Under the pieces are notes generated by a model. It searched no databases. It saw nothing but the letters and a program-made list of their open reading frames with translations, and was not told the origin of the DNA. A stretch of 28,446 bases of DNA from an uncultured Pirellulales bacterium (GTDB lineage: Bacteria; Planctomycetota; Planctomycetia; Pirellulales; CAYNRE01). Below, piece after piece: positions 15,769 through 24,953 of the stretch. Both the position numbers and the translations under genes were made by a program. Each line of letters starts with the position of its first letter. Position 1 is the first letter of the stretch. The DNA lies in NCBI GenBank assembly GCA_964434905.1, contig CAYSXM010000001.1, positions 1-28,446 of the forward strand. Reading direction: 5' to 3'.

Positions 15769-16320
15769 CTAGCGCGGCGGCAGCACCCCGGGCTTGAGCT
15801 TGCGAGCAAGTTCCGTGCAACCGCTGGCCAAGCGGTTGAATTGGCCGAGGCATTGAATGATTTCGTCCACGCCCGATTGCCCCAGGAAGGGGACGTTGAC
15901 CCGCAACGATTCTGGCTCGAACTCCAACAGCTCGTGCAGCCAGATGATGCCGAGTTTTTCCTCGAGCAGGTTGATAACCCGCAGCGACAAGCCCAGCGCT
16001 TCCAATTGGGCGATTCCAAAATCGCGCGAGTCGACCGCCATCAACAACGAGAACCGCGCGGACGAATCGATCGAGTCGACCAGCCGAGCTTTGCGCGCCG
16101 GGGAAGCACTCAGCGCAACGCGGCCGAGTGCGCGCTGTTCCAAGGGCGCCGAGGGTCGCGGCGCTGGCTGTTCCAACACCCGCCGCGCGGTGGCCGTTTG
16201 GCAACGTTCGCGATCTTGTGGAGCGCGCGCGTGGGGCGTCGGGCGACCGGGCGCGCCGCGCTCCGGCCGAGCGGCTGCGGAAACACCACGGCGACGAGAT
16301 TTCATGGATGCAGTCGACAC
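15769..16320 (-). CDS. Stand-alone RNA polymerase alpha-subunit C-terminal-domain (alpha-CTD)-like protein with a basic, low-complexity N-terminus
   Basis: aa ~103-160 (IAQLEALGLSLRVINLLEEKLGIIWLHELLEFEPESLRVNVPFLGQSGVDEIIQCL) aligns by eye with the alpha-CTD pattern [51 protein letters not shown]. GTG start with SD-like AGGTGA; terminator downstream. Alternative start ATG 16041. Confidence 0.75.
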   Translation of the reverse strand: MSTASMKSRRRGVSAAARPERGAPGRPTPHARAPQDRERCQTATARRVLEQPAPRPSAPLEQRALGRVALSASPARKARLVDSIDSSARFSLLMAVDSRDFGIAQLEALGLSLRVINLLEEKLGIIWLHELLEFEPESLRVNVPFLGQSGVDEIIQCLGQFNRLASGCTELARKLKPGVLPPR

Positions 16321-16706
16321 AACTCACCTTCCCTCTGGATCGATGTAGCGACACGGCTGGGGGGCTCGAAGTTCGGAGGCAGAGCCACACGCAGGTGCCG
16401 AGTCTGAATGGCCGGCGCGCGGTATTTGGTCCGGCGGCGCCGCTGACGTGGGTACGTGTGCCACGGAGAATTGGATCGCGCAGGGAGCAAAAAAACGGGA
16501 AAATTCCCCCAGTTTTCGGGAATATTCGCCCCGCGAAAGGACTTGCGATCAGGGCGGATAACCAACCAGGGGGTGTTGGACAGTTGGTTTTGTTGCCGTG
16601 CCACAAGAACGGACGAGTACGTCCCGCACGCCGAAAGGCCCGAGCAGGCGCGCGGCCGCTGCACGCGACCTGCTCGAACCGACAGGCGACAATTTGCCAG
16701 GCGGCA

Positions 16707-17357
16707 TTATGCCAGGCCACCTGACGCGGCGCGCTGCCGATAGCACCACCAGGAATAGCCCACCGGCACCACCCCTGTCGCGACGAACGTCGCGGTCGGT
16801 ACCCACACCCAACCGAACACGGCGGCGGTCAGGAATCCGACGGCGCCCATGGCCGGAAACCACCAACTGGCCATGCGATGCGTGTCGTCCCAGGTATTGA
16901 CATCGGCCAGTGTCCAGGGAGTGCGCACACCCATCCAAAAGTTTGGCCGGACCGAGCGCATGGGCGGACCTAGCGCGGCAATCAACAACGATACGCTTGC
17001 CAGGATGGCGCGCCCCACGTCGAGCCGCGGCCAAAAAGCGCCACCCAGCACCACGGCATGCATGGCGACCAGGAACGTCGTGACCAGCAGCACCACCGCA
17101 GCGTAGGTCGCGGCAAACGGTTCGACCTCGAAACGCCGCGGCGACAACCAAGGCAGCACCGCCAGCAAGATCCACACCAGCACCGGGGTGGCCAAACCCA
17201 CCCACGCCGCCCAGATCTTCTGGCCATGGCCGTCCACCTGACCCTGCAGGTTCCAATGGATCGGCAGTTGATCCGGCAAGCGAGGGTAGATCGCAGCGGT
17301 GCCCAACGCTGCCAGCGCGATGAGTGCCAGGGAAGCCCACCAGCAAGCCTGTCGCAT
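16707..17357 (-). CDS. SdpI/YfhL-family membrane protein (DUF1648 + SdpI)
   Basis: YPRLPDQLPIHWNLQGQVDG, PNFWMGVRTPWTLAD..TWDDTHR, about 6 TM segments. Confidence 0.88.
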   Translation of the reverse strand: MRQACWWASLALIALAALGTAAIYPRLPDQLPIHWNLQGQVDGHGQKIWAAWVGLATPVLVWILLAVLPWLSPRRFEVEPFAATYAAVVLLVTTFLVAMHAVVLGGAFWPRLDVGRAILASVSLLIAALGPPMRSVRPNFWMGVRTPWTLADVNTWDDTHRMASWWFPAMGAVGFLTAAVFGWVWVPTATFVATGVVPVGYSWWCYRQRAASGGLA

Positions 17358-17507
17358 GGATCACCTTGGTGTGCCGAGCGCGTCCCGTGGCGTTCGGGCC
17401 CATCGCACATAGCGCTGAATTGTTAGCTGCGCCAAGCAATGTGTGTGGCGATCCGGTCGGCAGGTCGAAAAAACTCTCGACAGCTTACCCAGGCAGCACC
17501 GCCAGGC

Positions 17508-18647
17508 TTACTGCGGCAGGGCCTCGAGCACCGCGTTGACCACAGCTTGTTGACCTTCGCGAAGTAGCTGCAATTTTACCGTGGCCCCGACTTCCAAGCG
17601 ATCGATCCGCCGGTACAGATCGTCGGCCTTTCGGATCGGCTCGCCGTCGATGGCGACAATAACATCACCCAGGACCAATCGTCCCTGTTCGCCAAATTGA
17701 GTGGCCCGCAGGCCGGCCTTCTCGGCTGCGCTGTCTGGCGACACGCCTACGACCAGCACGCCTGGCAACTGCAGCTTGCGCGTCACGGCATCGGCGGCAA
17801 TGGTCACCCCCAGCCCGGGGCGAATCACACGGCCATGGCTTATCAGTTGCGGTACTACACGGTTGACAGTATCGACCGGCACGGCGAACCCAATGCCCGC
17901 ATAGGCGCCCGAGGGGCTAACGATCGCGCTGTTCACGCCGATCAACCGGCCGGCGCTGTCCAACAATGGCCCGCCCGAATTGCCAGGGTTGATCGCGGCA
18001 TCGGTTTGGATCACGCCTTGAATGGGTCGTCCGGTGACGGCGCGGACTTCGCGGTCGAGTCCGCTGATGATGCCGGTGGTGAGTGTTTGGTCGAGGCCAA
18101 ACGGATTGCCGATTGCGAAAACTTTTTGGCCGACTTCCAGGTCGTGCGAACTACCGACCAAGATGGCTGGCAAACGCTCCTCGGGCGCCGCGATGCGGAG
18201 CACGGCCAGGTCCTTGTCGGGCGCGGCGCCCACAACTTGGGCTTCCCAGGTGCTGTGGTCCGACAGCGTCACGCGCGCCGCATTGGCCTGTTGGATCACA
18301 TGGAAATTGGTGACCACATGCCCCGCCCTGTCCCACAAGAAGCCGGACCCCGTGCCCGATGGTGTTTCGGCCAAGTCCATGCTCAAGGCGTTGCGGCGCA
18401 CGGTGAGCGTGGTGATAAACACCACCGAGGGTGAAGCTTCGCGAAACAGCGAGATGGTGGCCGTCTCATCGGCCGCCAGGTCGCCCCGCGCGGTCACCGG
18501 TCGCGGCTCGACCGCGCCTTGCCTGGGCACGTTTTGAAACCGCCACCAGACCAGCCCCGCCAAGAGCACCCACAGTGCCACCAACGTCCACCGCGCGGGG
18601 GCCGTTGCAGTTCGATCCCGCCACGTGGCACCGTGGTCGCCTTCCAT
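17508..18647 (-). CDS. HtrA/DegP-family (S1C) serine protease, N-terminal TM, single PDZ domain
   Basis: Triad motifs TNFHVI, DKDLAVL, DAAINPGNSGGPL; GSGF; C-terminal PDZ (GDVIVAIDG). ATG 18647 with SD AGGTG. Confidence 0.93.
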   Translation of the reverse strand: MEGDHGATWRDRTATAPARWTLVALWVLLAGLVWWRFQNVPRQGAVEPRPVTARGDLAADETATISLFREASPSVVFITTLTVRRNALSMDLAETPSGTGSGFLWDRAGHVVTNFHVIQQANAARVTLSDHSTWEAQVVGAAPDKDLAVLRIAAPEERLPAILVGSSHDLEVGQKVFAIGNPFGLDQTLTTGIISGLDREVRAVTGRPIQGVIQTDAAINPGNSGGPLLDSAGRLIGVNSAIVSPSGAYAGIGFAVPVDTVNRVVPQLISHGRVIRPGLGVTIAADAVTRKLQLPGVLVVGVSPDSAAEKAGLRATQFGEQGRLVLGDVIVAIDGEPIRKADDLYRRIDRLEVGATVKLQLLREGQQAVVNAVLEALPQ

Positions 18648-18664
18648 GATCACCTAGGCTACAG

Positions 18665-18670
18665 ATGATA
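18665..18670 (-). promoter_or_regulatory. Candidate -10 box (TATCAT) for the htrA-like gene
   Basis: TATCAT on the minus strand 17 bp upstream of the ATG; weak -35 TAGCCT at 18-bp spacing. Confidence 0.3.
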
Positions 18671-18686
18671 TAGGCCGCCAGATGAT

Positions 18687-18854
18687 TCAGGCTATGGCCT
18701 CTGCCAGCGCCCTTTGTCCCGCGGCTTGTACTACCGATCCGTCGGGATACTCGATGTGCAACACCACTTGGTTGCCTTGAATTTCACAAACCGTAATGCG
18801 GATGTCCTCACCGATTAGCAATTGGTCTTCGGCACAAAGCGACATCTCTCGCAT
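18687..18854 (-). CDS. Small (55 aa) divergent CsrA/RsmA-fold protein; absent from the ORF track
   Basis: Hand translation: MREMSLCAEDQLLIGEDIRITVCEIQGNQVVLHIEYPDGSVVQAAGQRALAEAIA*. Gapless match to the CsrA core (L.IG, TV, GNQV, P37). SD GAGG 6 nt upstream of the ATG. Confidence 0.8.
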   Translation of the reverse strand: MREMSLCAEDQLLIGEDIRITVCEIQGNQVVLHIEYPDGSVVQAAGQRALAEAIA

Positions 18855-19155
18855 GGCTGGCCTCGAAGGAAGTAGCGTATTCGATCCGACCGCACGCGAC
18901 GAACCCGCGCGAACATCTCCCCAACACAGGGTTGCCGCGCGATCATCCGCGATCGGTGTGGGCCGCGAAACGGCTCACGAGGGTTCATCCTCTCGATCCA
19001 AAAACTATTGTCAAGAACTTCGCGGAACGAATGTCGCGCCAGGCGGAAATTCGATTTGGAACTAGGGTCTTGACAGCGGGCGCAGCGGGCATTCCGCGCT
19101 GCCAGCAATGCTGGCACGCGGTACGGCGGTCGTTGGCTCGCGAAAAATTCGGCTG

Positions 19156-20310
19156 TTACAGGCGTTCGACCACGGTGGCCGTACCTTGCCCGTGGCCGAT
19201 GCAGATTGCCAACAGGCCCAACGTGCCCTGCACATGTTCCAATCCGCTGAGCAGCTTTGCCAACAAGCCGGGCCCAGTGGCGCCGAGCGGATGGCCATGC
19301 GCGATAGCGCCCCCCCAAGGATTCACCCGCGATAAATCGGCGCCGGTCGCCTGCGCCCAAGCCAACACCACGCTGGAGAAAGCCTCGTTGACTTCGATCC
19401 AATCCAACTGATCGATCGTCACGCCGGCCCGCGCCAGCGCACGCTGCGTGGCCGGAATAACGCCCAACAGGCCCATGGTTGGGTCGCTGCCGACGGCCAC
19501 CCGCGCGCGGAACCTGGCCTTGGGGCGCAGTCCCGCCGCCAGCGCGGCCTGTCGATCGGCCACCAGCACCGCGGCGGCGGCGTCGGCCAGTTGGCTGGAA
19601 TTGGCCGCGGTGAGCACACCCTGACCCGCGGGGCGATAAGCAAGAGGTAGCGACGCCACCTTCGCGGCGTCGACGGTGGTGCGAATGCCCTCATCGCGCT
19701 GGGGAAGACACGCCGCGCCTGCGCTATCCAGCGCCGGTGTTTCGATCAACTCGCGGTGCCAGTGGGCGGCCGCTGCTGCTGCGGCGCGGCGCTGGCTTTC
19801 CATGCCATAGTTGTCGAGCATCTGGCGCGACAGCCCGAACTGCTGCGCGATGCGTTCGCCGCTTTCGCCCTGATGCACCAGTTCGTATCGTTCGGCCAGG
19901 GCGGGGTTCAACCGCTCCAATCCACCCACGTCGCTGAACATGGGCACGTGCGACAAATGTTCTACCCCGGCCGCGACCACGAATTGTGCATCGCCGGCCG
20001 CCACGGTTTGCGCGGCGAAGTGCAGCGCTTGCTGGCCTGATCCGCACCAGCGGTTGAGCGACACCGCCGGCACCTCGGGGGGCCAGCCCGCCAACAGCGA
20101 GGCCAGCCGCGCCACATTGGCTCCTTGCTCGCCACACTGGAACACGCAACCAACCTGCACATCGTCGACCCGCGCGGGGTCGATTCCGGTGCGGCCTGCC
20201 AATCCGCCCAGCGCATGTGCCAACAAGGCATCGGATCGCGTGTGCCGATAATAGCCATTGTTTTTGCCAAAGGGTGTGCGCACCGCATCGACAATCACCG
20301 GTTCGTACAT
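19156..20310 (-). CDS. Thiolase (acetyl-CoA C-acyl/acetyltransferase family)
   Basis: VDAVRTPFGK, catalytic Cys in LNRWCGSG, NEAF, GGAIAHGHPLGATG, C-terminal ICIGHGQG. ATG 20310 with SD GAGG. Confidence 0.93.
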   Translation of the reverse strand: MYEPVIVDAVRTPFGKNNGYYRHTRSDALLAHALGGLAGRTGIDPARVDDVQVGCVFQCGEQGANVARLASLLAGWPPEVPAVSLNRWCGSGQQALHFAAQTVAAGDAQFVVAAGVEHLSHVPMFSDVGGLERLNPALAERYELVHQGESGERIAQQFGLSRQMLDNYGMESQRRAAAAAAAHWHRELIETPALDSAGAACLPQRDEGIRTTVDAAKVASLPLAYRPAGQGVLTAANSSQLADAAAAVLVADRQAALAAGLRPKARFRARVAVGSDPTMGLLGVIPATQRALARAGVTIDQLDWIEVNEAFSSVVLAWAQATGADLSRVNPWGGAIAHGHPLGATGPGLLAKLLSGLEHVQGTLGLLAICIGHGQGTATVVERL

Positions 20311-20354
20311 GCATCCCTCGCGTGGTCTTTGTCCCAATGTCCATCGCCGCGAAA

Positions 20355-20384
20355 TTGACCCGGCTTTGGCAGCCAGACTACACT
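20355..20384 (+). promoter_or_regulatory. Candidate sigma70-type promoter for the DUF1553-DUF1501 operon
   Basis: TTGACC (20355-20360) - 18 bp - TACACT (20379-20384), in the divergent intergenic region. Confidence 0.55.
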
Positions 20385-20464
20385 ATAGGAGAGTCCGCTC
20401 GATTTCACGCCTTCGATCTTTCCACCCTGCCTCGCCGCACAACCGAGCGACTGGGGGCCCGCCA

Positions 20465-23314
20465 GTGGACCGGCACCGCAAGACCCGCTGGTTCGTCGTG
20501 CTCGCGTCGGCTGGCGTGTGGTATGCCGTGCTTGCGCCCGGCGGTGCCTGGGCCGCGGAAGCCCCTGACGATCTGTTCGAGCGCGCGGTGCGACCGCTGT
20601 TCGAGAAGCATTGTTGGGAGTGCCATGGTCCGCTGAAACAAGAAGCGGGCTTGCGGCTCGATAGCCAGGCGGCGCTGCTCAAGGGAGGCGATCATGGTCC
20701 GGTGCTAGCACCGGGCGATAGTGCCGGCAGCCGGCTTGTGGCGGCCTTGCGCTACGAGGGCGAGGTGCAGATGCCGCCACCGGGCCAGTTGCAATCCGAC
20801 GAGGTGGCTGCCGTGGCCCGTTGGGTCGAGGCGGGCGCGCCCTGGCCCGAGTCTCCTTCGGCACCGACGGGGCCCGCGCCGTTTAGCGAGGCGTATTACG
20901 ACCAGGTGGTGGCCCAGCACTGGGCCTTCCGCCCACCGGAAATGGCGCCGCTGCCCGCGGTGGCCGACGTGGCCTGGCCGCGTAGCGAGATCGATCATTT
21001 CATTCTGGCCGAGCTCGAGGCACACGGCCTGCGCGCGTCGCCAGCCGTCGATCGCCGTCGGTGGTTGCGCCGCGTGACGTTCGATTTGCACGGTTTGCCA
21101 CCGAGTGCAGAGGAGTTGGCCCAGTACCTGGCCGACTCGACGCCCGACGCCGACGCGCGCGTGGTCGACCGTTTGCTGGCCTCGCCGCGTTATGGTCAGC
21201 GTTGGGGGCGCCACTGGCTCGACGTCGCGCGCTACGCGGATACCAAGGGGTACGTATTCACCCAGGATCCGCGTTATCCCTATTCCTATACCTATCGCGA
21301 TTATGTGGTTCGGTCGTTCAACAACGACTTGCCGCTCGATCGCTTCCTGCTCGAGCAGTTGGCCGCCGACCAACTCGATCTGGGAGACGATCGCCGACCG
21401 CTGGCGGCGCTGGGTTTCTTAACCCTAGGGCGCCGCTTCATGAACAACACACACGACATCATCGACGATCGGATCGACGTGGTGGGACGAGGCTTGTTGG
21501 GGCTGACCATTGGCTGCGCGCGGTGCCACGACCACAAATACGACCCGATTCCCACCGCGGATTACTACTCGCTATATGGCGTGTTTGCCAGTTCGGTCGA
21601 GCCCGACGATCTGCCGATTATTGCGCCGGTAGCGCAGTCGGAAGCCTATGCCGAGCACCAGCGCGAACTGGCCGCGCGGCGCGCAGCGCTCGAGGAATTC
21701 ATGGCGCGGCAGGTGGCCCATCTGCGCGCCGAACTGATCGAACAGGCGCCGCGCTACCTGGCCGCCGCCGCGCTTGCGGCCGATGGTGCGCCAGGTGACT
21801 TCACCATGATTTCCTTCGATCCCGGCGATCTCCGACCCCCGGTGGTCGATCGATGGAGGCAATTCATTCGAGATCAAGGGCCCAACCACCCGGTGTTCGG
21901 CCCGTGGAATCGCCTGCTGGCACAGCCACCGGCAACCTGGCCCGAGGTGCTGTGCACGTTGGCCGGCGGAGCAGGCAGCGACGCCGCGTCGCTGGTCGCT
22001 TTCGATCCGCGCATTGTGGCGCATCTGACAGCCACGCCCCCGACCACCGCCGAGCAAGTGGGCCAATGCTATGGCGCGGCGTTCGCAGAGATCGGCGAGC
22101 ACTGGCGGGCGATGCAACAGGCCGCCGTATGGGCGGCGGCCGCCGGCCGGAAGGCCTCGCCACCTGCCGCGTTGCCCCAGGCGAGCGACGACAGCCTGCG
22201 GCAGTTGTTGCTGGCTGCCGATTGCCCGACGCAAGTTTCGCCCGAGCAGGCTTCCGCGGTGTTCGATCGCGCGACTTCGCTCGAACACGGCAAGCTGCGG
22301 CGCGCGGTGGGCGAACACGAAGCAGCATCTCCGGCGGCGCCCCCCCGCGCCATGGCGCTGGTCGATGCGCCAACGCCGGCCGACCCTCACGTGTTCTTGC
22401 GTGGCAGTCCTCATCGCCCCGGTCCGGCAGTTCCCCGGCAGTTCCTGCGTGTGCTGACGGGCGCGTCGCGGCAGCCGTTCACGCAGGGGAGCGGCCGCCT
22501 GGAACTGGCCGAGGCGATTGCCACATCCACCAACCCGCTAACAGCCCGGGTGCTGGTGAACCGGATTTGGCAACACCACTTTGGCCGGGGGTTGGTGGCC
22601 ACACCCAGCGATTTTGGCACGCGCGGCGAAGCGCCTTCTCACCCGGCGCTGTTGGATTATCTGGCAGTGCGGCTGGTGCGCGACGGTTGGTCGCAGAAGC
22701 GCATGCATCGGCTGTTGTTGTTGTCGTCGACCTATGCGCAAGACAGTGCGTCCTGGCCCGAGGCCGAGGCAATCGATCCGGAGAATCGTTGGTGGTGGCG
22801 CATGCCGAGAATGCGTTTGGAGTTTGAGGCGCTGCGCGACGCGGTGCTGGCCACCTCCGGCCTGCTCGACGATTCGCTCGAAGGCAAGAGCGCGCCCTTG
22901 TTTGGCGGGCCGCCGCACGTGCGGCGTACAATCTATGGCTGGATCGATCGGCAAGATCTGCCAGGAGTGTTTCGCGTGTTCGATTTTGCCAGTCCCGATT
23001 CCAGCACGCCGCAACGGCCGCAAACCGTGGTGCCCCAACAAGCGTTGTTTTTGATGAATTCCGAATTCGTGCTCGAGCAGTCTCGCCAGTTGGCTGAACG
23101 CGTGGCCGCGCAGGGCGAGCCTGCCGAACGCGTCGCCGCGCTGTACGGCCGGGTGCTGGGCCGTCCGCCCGCGCCCGAGGAACAAGCCCTGGCCCTGCGC
23201 TATGTGGCCCAGGCGGCGCTGCAATTGGGACCGGGCGCTAAGCCGCCGGCTGGCCCCTGGGCGCGGTTGGCGCAGGCCCTGTTGATGACCAACGAATTTG
23301 CCGTGGTGGATTAA
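20465..23314 (+). CDS. Planctomycete cytochrome c (PSCyt1) + DUF1549 + DUF1553 (PSD1-type) secreted protein
   Basis: CWECHG followed by [98 protein letters not shown]. Start moved to GTG 20465. Confidence 0.92.
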   Translation: MDRHRKTRWFVVLASAGVWYAVLAPGGAWAAEAPDDLFERAVRPLFEKHCWECHGPLKQEAGLRLDSQAALLKGGDHGPVLAPGDSAGSRLVAALRYEGEVQMPPPGQLQSDEVAAVARWVEAGAPWPESPSAPTGPAPFSEAYYDQVVAQHWAFRPPEMAPLPAVADVAWPRSEIDHFILAELEAHGLRASPAVDRRRWLRRVTFDLHGLPPSAEELAQYLADSTPDADARVVDRLLASPRYGQRWGRHWLDVARYADTKGYVFTQDPRYPYSYTYRDYVVRSFNNDLPLDRFLLEQLAADQLDLGDDRRPLAALGFLTLGRRFMNNTHDIIDDRIDVVGRGLLGLTIGCARCHDHKYDPIPTADYYSLYGVFASSVEPDDLPIIAPVAQSEAYAEHQRELAARRAALEEFMARQVAHLRAELIEQAPRYLAAAALAADGAPGDFTMISFDPGDLRPPVVDRWRQFIRDQGPNHPVFGPWNRLLAQPPATWPEVLCTLAGGAGSDAASLVAFDPRIVAHLTATPPTTAEQVGQCYGAAFAEIGEHWRAMQQAAVWAAAAGRKASPPAALPQASDDSLRQLLLAADCPTQVSPEQASAVFDRATSLEHGKLRRAVGEHEAASPAAPPRAMALVDAPTPADPHVFLRGSPHRPGPAVPRQFLRVLTGASRQPFTQGSGRLELAEAIATSTNPLTARVLVNRIWQHHFGRGLVATPSDFGTRGEAPSHPALLDYLAVRLVRDGWSQKRMHRLLLLSSTYAQDSASWPEAEAIDPENRWWWRMPRMRLEFEALRDAVLATSGLLDDSLEGKSAPLFGGPPHVRRTIYGWIDRQDLPGVFRVFDFASPDSSTPQRPQTVVPQQALFLMNSEFVLEQSRQLAERVAAQGEPAERVAALYGRVLGRPPAPEEQALALRYVAQAALQLGPGAKPPAGPWARLAQALLMTNEFAVVD

Positions 23315-23318
23315 GCGC

Positions 23319-24746
23319 ATGTCCCCCCACAAACAACCTCTCCACGTTTCGCGCCGCGAGCTATTGCGCCGCAGTGGCCTGGGGCTGGGCTGGCTGGGGC
23401 TGGCTGGCCTGATCGGCGAACCCGCCGCGCAAGCGGCCGACGCCAACCCTCTGGCGCCTCGCGCGCCGCACTTTCCGGCCCGCGCCAAACAGGTGATCCA
23501 CCTGTTCATGAATGGGGGGCCGTCGCATGTCGATACCTTCGACCCCAAGCCGTTGTTGGCCCAATATGCGGGCCGGAACCTGCCCACCGACAATTTGCCG
23601 ACCGAGCGCAAGACCGGCGCGGCGTTGCCGTCGCCGTTTGCGTTCCACCAGCATGGCCAAAGTGGCATCGAGGTCAGCGATTTGTTTCCCCACACGGCCT
23701 CGATGATCGACGAGGTGTGCGTGGTGCGCTCGATGTTCGCCGAACTGCCCAACCACGAACCGTCGTTGATGTTGATGAACTGCGGCGAAGCGCGCGCCGT
23801 GCGCCCCAGCCTGGGCAGTTGGGTCACCTATGGGCTGGGGACCGAAAACCAGAATCTGCCAGGCTTCGTGGCGATGTGCCCGGGCGGGTACCCCATCAAG
23901 GAAACGGAAAACTGGCAAGCGGCGTTCTTGCCGGGTGTGTTCCAGGGCACCTATATCAATTCCGAGCATCAAGCGATCGACCGATTGGTGGAATACATTC
24001 GCAACCCCCAGTTGCCTCTCGACGAACAGCGCGCGCAACTGGCCCTGACCACCGCGCTCAACCGCAGGCACCTGGCCGAGCGCGGCGCCGACCCCTTGCT
24101 GGAAGCTCGCATACATTCGTTCGAGTTGGCCTATCGCATGCAGATCGAGGCGTCCGACGCTTTCGATGTCAGTCGCGAGCCACAGCACGTGCTCGATGCC
24201 TATGGACCGGGCACCCAGGCGCGCCAGATCCTGATCGCGCGCCGATTGGTCGAGCGCGGTGTGCGCTACGTGCAGGTGTGGCACGGCCAAGGCCAGCCCT
24301 GGGATAGCCACGACGATTTGGAAGAACGCCACCGCACCTTGGCCGGTCAATGCGATCGCGCCATCGGGGCGTTGCTGCGCGATCTGAAGCAACGCGGCCT
24401 GCTGGAAGAGACCCTGGTCATCTGGGGAGGCGAGTTCGGACGCACGCCCACCGTGGAACTGCCTCAACCAGGCGCTAATGCCGGCAAGATCAATGGCCGC
24501 GATCACAATCATCACGGGTTCAGCATGTGGCTGGCCGGCGGAGGCATTCGCGGCGGCCAGGTGTACGGCGCCACCGACGAGTTCGGCTTCCGCGCAGTAG
24601 AGAATCGTGTGCACGTTCACGATCTCCACGCGACGATCTTGCGGTTGTTGGGCTTCGACCACCAGCGCCTCACCTATCGCTACGCCGGTCGCGACTTCCG
24701 GCTGACCGACGTCCACGGCCAGGTGGTCGAGGCGTTGTTGGCCTAA
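23319..24746 (+). CDS. DUF1501 (sulfatase/alkaline-phosphatase-like) protein with Tat-like signal
   Basis: SRRELL twin-arginine-like motif, AKQVIHLFMNGGPSHVDTFDPKP, RRLVERGVRYVQ, WDSH, WGGEFGRTP, GRDH, D.HATIL..LG.DH..LTY. ATG 4 nt after the upstream TAA. Confidence 0.93.
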   Translation: MSPHKQPLHVSRRELLRRSGLGLGWLGLAGLIGEPAAQAADANPLAPRAPHFPARAKQVIHLFMNGGPSHVDTFDPKPLLAQYAGRNLPTDNLPTERKTGAALPSPFAFHQHGQSGIEVSDLFPHTASMIDEVCVVRSMFAELPNHEPSLMLMNCGEARAVRPSLGSWVTYGLGTENQNLPGFVAMCPGGYPIKETENWQAAFLPGVFQGTYINSEHQAIDRLVEYIRNPQLPLDEQRAQLALTTALNRRHLAERGADPLLEARIHSFELAYRMQIEASDAFDVSREPQHVLDAYGPGTQARQILIARRLVERGVRYVQVWHGQGQPWDSHDDLEERHRTLAGQCDRAIGALLRDLKQRGLLEETLVIWGGEFGRTPTVELPQPGANAGKINGRDHNHHGFSMWLAGGGIRGGQVYGATDEFGFRAVENRVHVHDLHATILRLLGFDHQRLTYRYAGRDFRLTDVHGQVVEALLA

Positions 24747-24953
24747 ACCCGGCTGATCCATGAACTTCGTCGCCAGCGATCGAAAGTGTTGTGGCCGCGA
24801 AGTGCTATTTGCTTTGCCAGTGCTCTGGGGCCTCTTGGTGATAACGTGAGTCCGGGCCGATGGCGGTTTGTCGCAGCGCGCGGACCGCCGGTCGCTAAAC
24901 GAAGCGGTACCTGGCACAAAGCTTCTCGACACACCAACCAACACGAGCAAGAC

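Noticed and set aside
18610-18620. T-loop-like GTTCGATCCC
   Set aside because: The flanking bases do not form a T-stem, and it lies inside the htrA coding region.
24912-24926. Sigma54-like TGGCAC-N5-TTCT upstream of the GNAT
   Set aside because: The -12 element lacks the conserved GC (TTCT instead of TTGC).
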